This document shows, piece by piece, positions 61,346-64,000 of a stretch of 64,000 nucleotides of DNA. Position numbers and translations under genes: made by a program. This stretch comes from Mytilus californianus (lineage: Eukaryota): NCBI RefSeq assembly GCF_021869535.1, contig NW_026262668.1, positions 139,500,001-139,564,000 on the forward strand, in the 5' to 3' direction. The notes beneath the pieces are model-generated. The model was not told the origin of the DNA. It made no database searches and was given only the letters and a program-made list of their open reading frames with translations. Within the stretch, counting starts at the first letter, position 1. Each line of letters starts with the position of its first letter.

Positions 61346-63607
61346 GTATCATCTCTTCATGATAAGTATGTCTTCATGTGAAGTGTATCATCTCTTCATG
61401 ATACGTATGTTGTTGTTCCTGCGGACAAAGCTTCAAATAATATTGTCTTTGTATGTAAATCGTATTACTACGAGTGTCTTGTAAAGGAATTGGGAATAAA
61501 TGAGCACTCAGGTAATCTCACATACAAAAACATATCATTTGACAAGGATGAGACTTTGGCGAATCATAAGTCCTTCATGGCTTCAATGAACATTGCATTA
61601 AACAACAAATCGGAGGACTTACCTTGTTTGTATTGGATACCTTAATTTCACAAAATTCCGTACAAACAACGGTACATTGCCGGCTCATCTGCATGTTCCA
61701 CTAATTAATTGTCCATTAGATTGACTACAATTCTGTCCGCAGTGAAAGAGGGTCTTCAGAAATACTGTGAAACTGTTTACTCGCGTAGTGGCATTAACCA
61801 TATGTGGATTCTTAAAAACTCTAAAGAACTTCTGGATAATTTTAAATCTCGGTCTTTTTCTGAAATTAGTTCTATCAAAACTTTTGATTTTTCAACCTTG
61901 TATACCACCATTCCCCATGTGAAACTGAAAAACCGTCTAAAAGAAATAATCCACAATGCTTTTCAACAAAAAAATGGTAGCATACGCTATAAATTTATAA
62001 CTTCGGGATACCATAAGGCATATTTTGTTAATAGTGAACAAAAGGGTAAAACATGCTACACAGAGGTACAAGTGATCAGTATGCTGGAGTTTCTTATTGA
62101 CAACATATTTGTTGAATTTGGAGGTAGACTTTTTCAACAAATTGTCGGCATTCCTATGGGAACGAACTGTGCGCCTCTCCTTACCGACCTCTTCTTATTT
62201 TCATATGAATCGGAGTTCCCTCGGACACTTGTCAAAAACAAGAAGATCAAAGAAGACAGGTTATTTAATTTCACTTTCAGATATATTGATGATGTTCTTT
62301 CCATTAACAATCCGAACTTTTCTGATTGGGTTCCATTAATATATCCACCAGAACTAGAAATTAAAGAAACAACAGACACGGCTTCCTCCGCTCATTTTTA
62401 GACTAATACCTCGAATTTGACATACACAGTCATCTCAGTACCAGAATCTATGACAAACGAGACGATTTTAATTTTGAAATTATCAATTTCCTCCACCTTA
62501 GTAGCAATATACCAACTTCACCTGCATATGGGATATACATTTCCCAACTTATTCGGTATTCAAGAGCTTGCAGCTCCTACTGAGACTTTGTAAAACGTCA
62601 CCAGTGTCTGAGCAGAAAGTTGATGAACCAGGGGTATGTCAAAGAACGTCTCGTCCTTTTTCTAAAAAAGTTCATCGGAAGGTACCAAGACCTTGTTGAT
62701 AAATATTCCGTATCAACTTCACAAATAATACACGATGGTCTTGAAGTATAGATTCTGCGTACTGATGTTGTTTATCATCTTAATAACGTGTTATAGTATT
62801 CTTTTATTTGTCTTTATTAATATTACTTTATCTCTTAAGTCTGTTTTTTGAGATATCCATTTGACGTGACTCTTTACGTATGTATCCCATCATACTTTGA
62901 ACGACAAAATTATTTTATTTATTAATATTACTTTTACTGTTAAGTCTGTTTTTTGTGATATACATTTGACGTGACTCTGTACTTATGTACCCGTCATACT
63001 TTGAACCACAATATTATTTTATTTATTAATATTACTTTTACTGTTAAGTCTGTTTTTTTGTGATATCCATTTTACGTGACACTATACTTATGTATCCCGT
63101 CATACTTTGAACGACAAAATTATTTTATGTCTAACTGTGCGAATTTCAAACGCGCGATTTTACGCCAGTACTTAAAACGTTCCATCCTTTATGAGTGGAT
63201 TTTACATAGATAAATATAATCGTATAATAATAAAGCAAAATGAGGATGTTAAATTTGATGTATGGCTTTTTGTGCTTCATTTACATTACATTTGTTTGTC
63301 TTTATAGTGATTAAGATGATAACATAATGTTGACTGCTGTACCCTTATTTTTGACATTTTTACCTATTGTGTTTGTTTGTTTTGTTCACGCATCATTGTC
63401 AATATAATGGAATTTGATGCGACTGTCATACAAGTGAGAGGTTTAGCTAGCTATAAAACCAGGTTCAATCCACCATTTTCTACATAAGAAATACCTGCAC
63501 CAAGTCAGGAATATGACAGTTGTTATCCATTCGTTCGATGTGTTTGAGCTTTTGATTTTGCCTTTTGAATTTTCCTCAGAGTTCAGTTTTTTTGTGATTT
63601 TACTTTT
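61346..63607 (+). mobile_element. 5'-truncated Penelope-like retroelement (most like the Naiad clade), inactive RT
   Basis: LHDKYVVVPADKASNN; WIP*FHKIPYKQRYIAGSS; FDFSTLYTTIPH; GIPMGTNCAPLL; FRYIDDVLSINN. The ORF ends at GLEV* (about 62750) with no C-terminal GIY-YIG. Three TAA stops, one TGA and one frameshift. 3' UTR has three ~105-bp repeats (62812-63130). Confidence 0.88.
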
Positions 63608-64000
63608 TGATACGGAATATTTATCAACAAGATCTTGGTATCTTCCGAAGAACTTTTTTTAGAAACGGACGAGTAGTTCTTTGACATTACACTGGTTCAT
63701 TAACTTTCTGCTCAGACACTGGTGACGTTTTATAAAGTCTGAGTAGCAGCTGCAAACTCTTGAATACCGAATGAGTTGGGAAATGTATATCCCATATGCA
63801 GGTGAAGTAGGTAAATTGTTACTAATGTGGGGGATACTGATAATTTCAAAATTAAAATCGTCTCGTTTGTCATAGATTTTGGTACTGAAATGACTGCTTA
63901 TGCCAAATTCGAGGTTTAAGTCTAAAAATGAGGCGGAGGAAGCCGTGTCTGTTGTTTCTTTAATTTCTAGTTCTGAAGAATATATTAATGGAACTCAATC
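63608..64000 (-). mobile_element. RT-coding half of the same minus-strand Penelope-like copy, continuing past the window end
   Basis: The reverse complement matches 62330-62715 (ELEIKETTDTASSASFLDL...YDKRDDFNFEII). Confidence 0.9.

Noticed and set aside
62581-62583. In-frame TGA in the Penelope-like RT as selenocysteine (some Naiads encode Sec)
   Set aside because: The copy also has three TAA stops and a frameshift. The TGA is one substitution from TCA (Ser), is not at an evident Cys position, and I recognised no SECIS.

Overview
AT-rich, intron-containing animal genomic DNA. The repeat families and C1q genes point to a bivalve, probably Mytilus-like (inference). Three protein-coding genes could be assembled by hand with GT-AG junctions and continuous reading frames. 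(1) The last nine coding exons of FTCD (formimidoyltransferase-cyclodeaminase), + strand, 7606-24595, 328 aa; the upstream exons lie left of the window. (2) and (3) Two intact, tandem, four-exon secreted coiled-coil + globular C1q genes on the minus strand: C1q-A (46249->32405, 377 aa) and C1q-B (53263->49516, 253 aa). The rest is repeats: Helentron-type non-autonomous elements (HINE/DINE-1 architecture), a 6.7 kb 49-bp satellite, several minisatellites, a solo LTR, a decayed Bel/Pao retrotransposon, two TTAA-flanked Kolobok-like MITEs, tRNA-derived SINEs, many Penelope-like (probably Naiad) RT fragments including one copy nested antisense inside another, and hammerhead-ribozyme relics. The most unusual observation is that five FTCD splice junctions are each the seed of a local tandem duplication, producing arrays of decoy splice sites. 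Also notable are a 17-residue (non-heptad) coiled-coil expansion in C1q-A and a hammerhead with an intact catalytic core at 57742. I found no clearly novel multi-gene system. All alignments, translations and counts were done by eye; no database searches were run.
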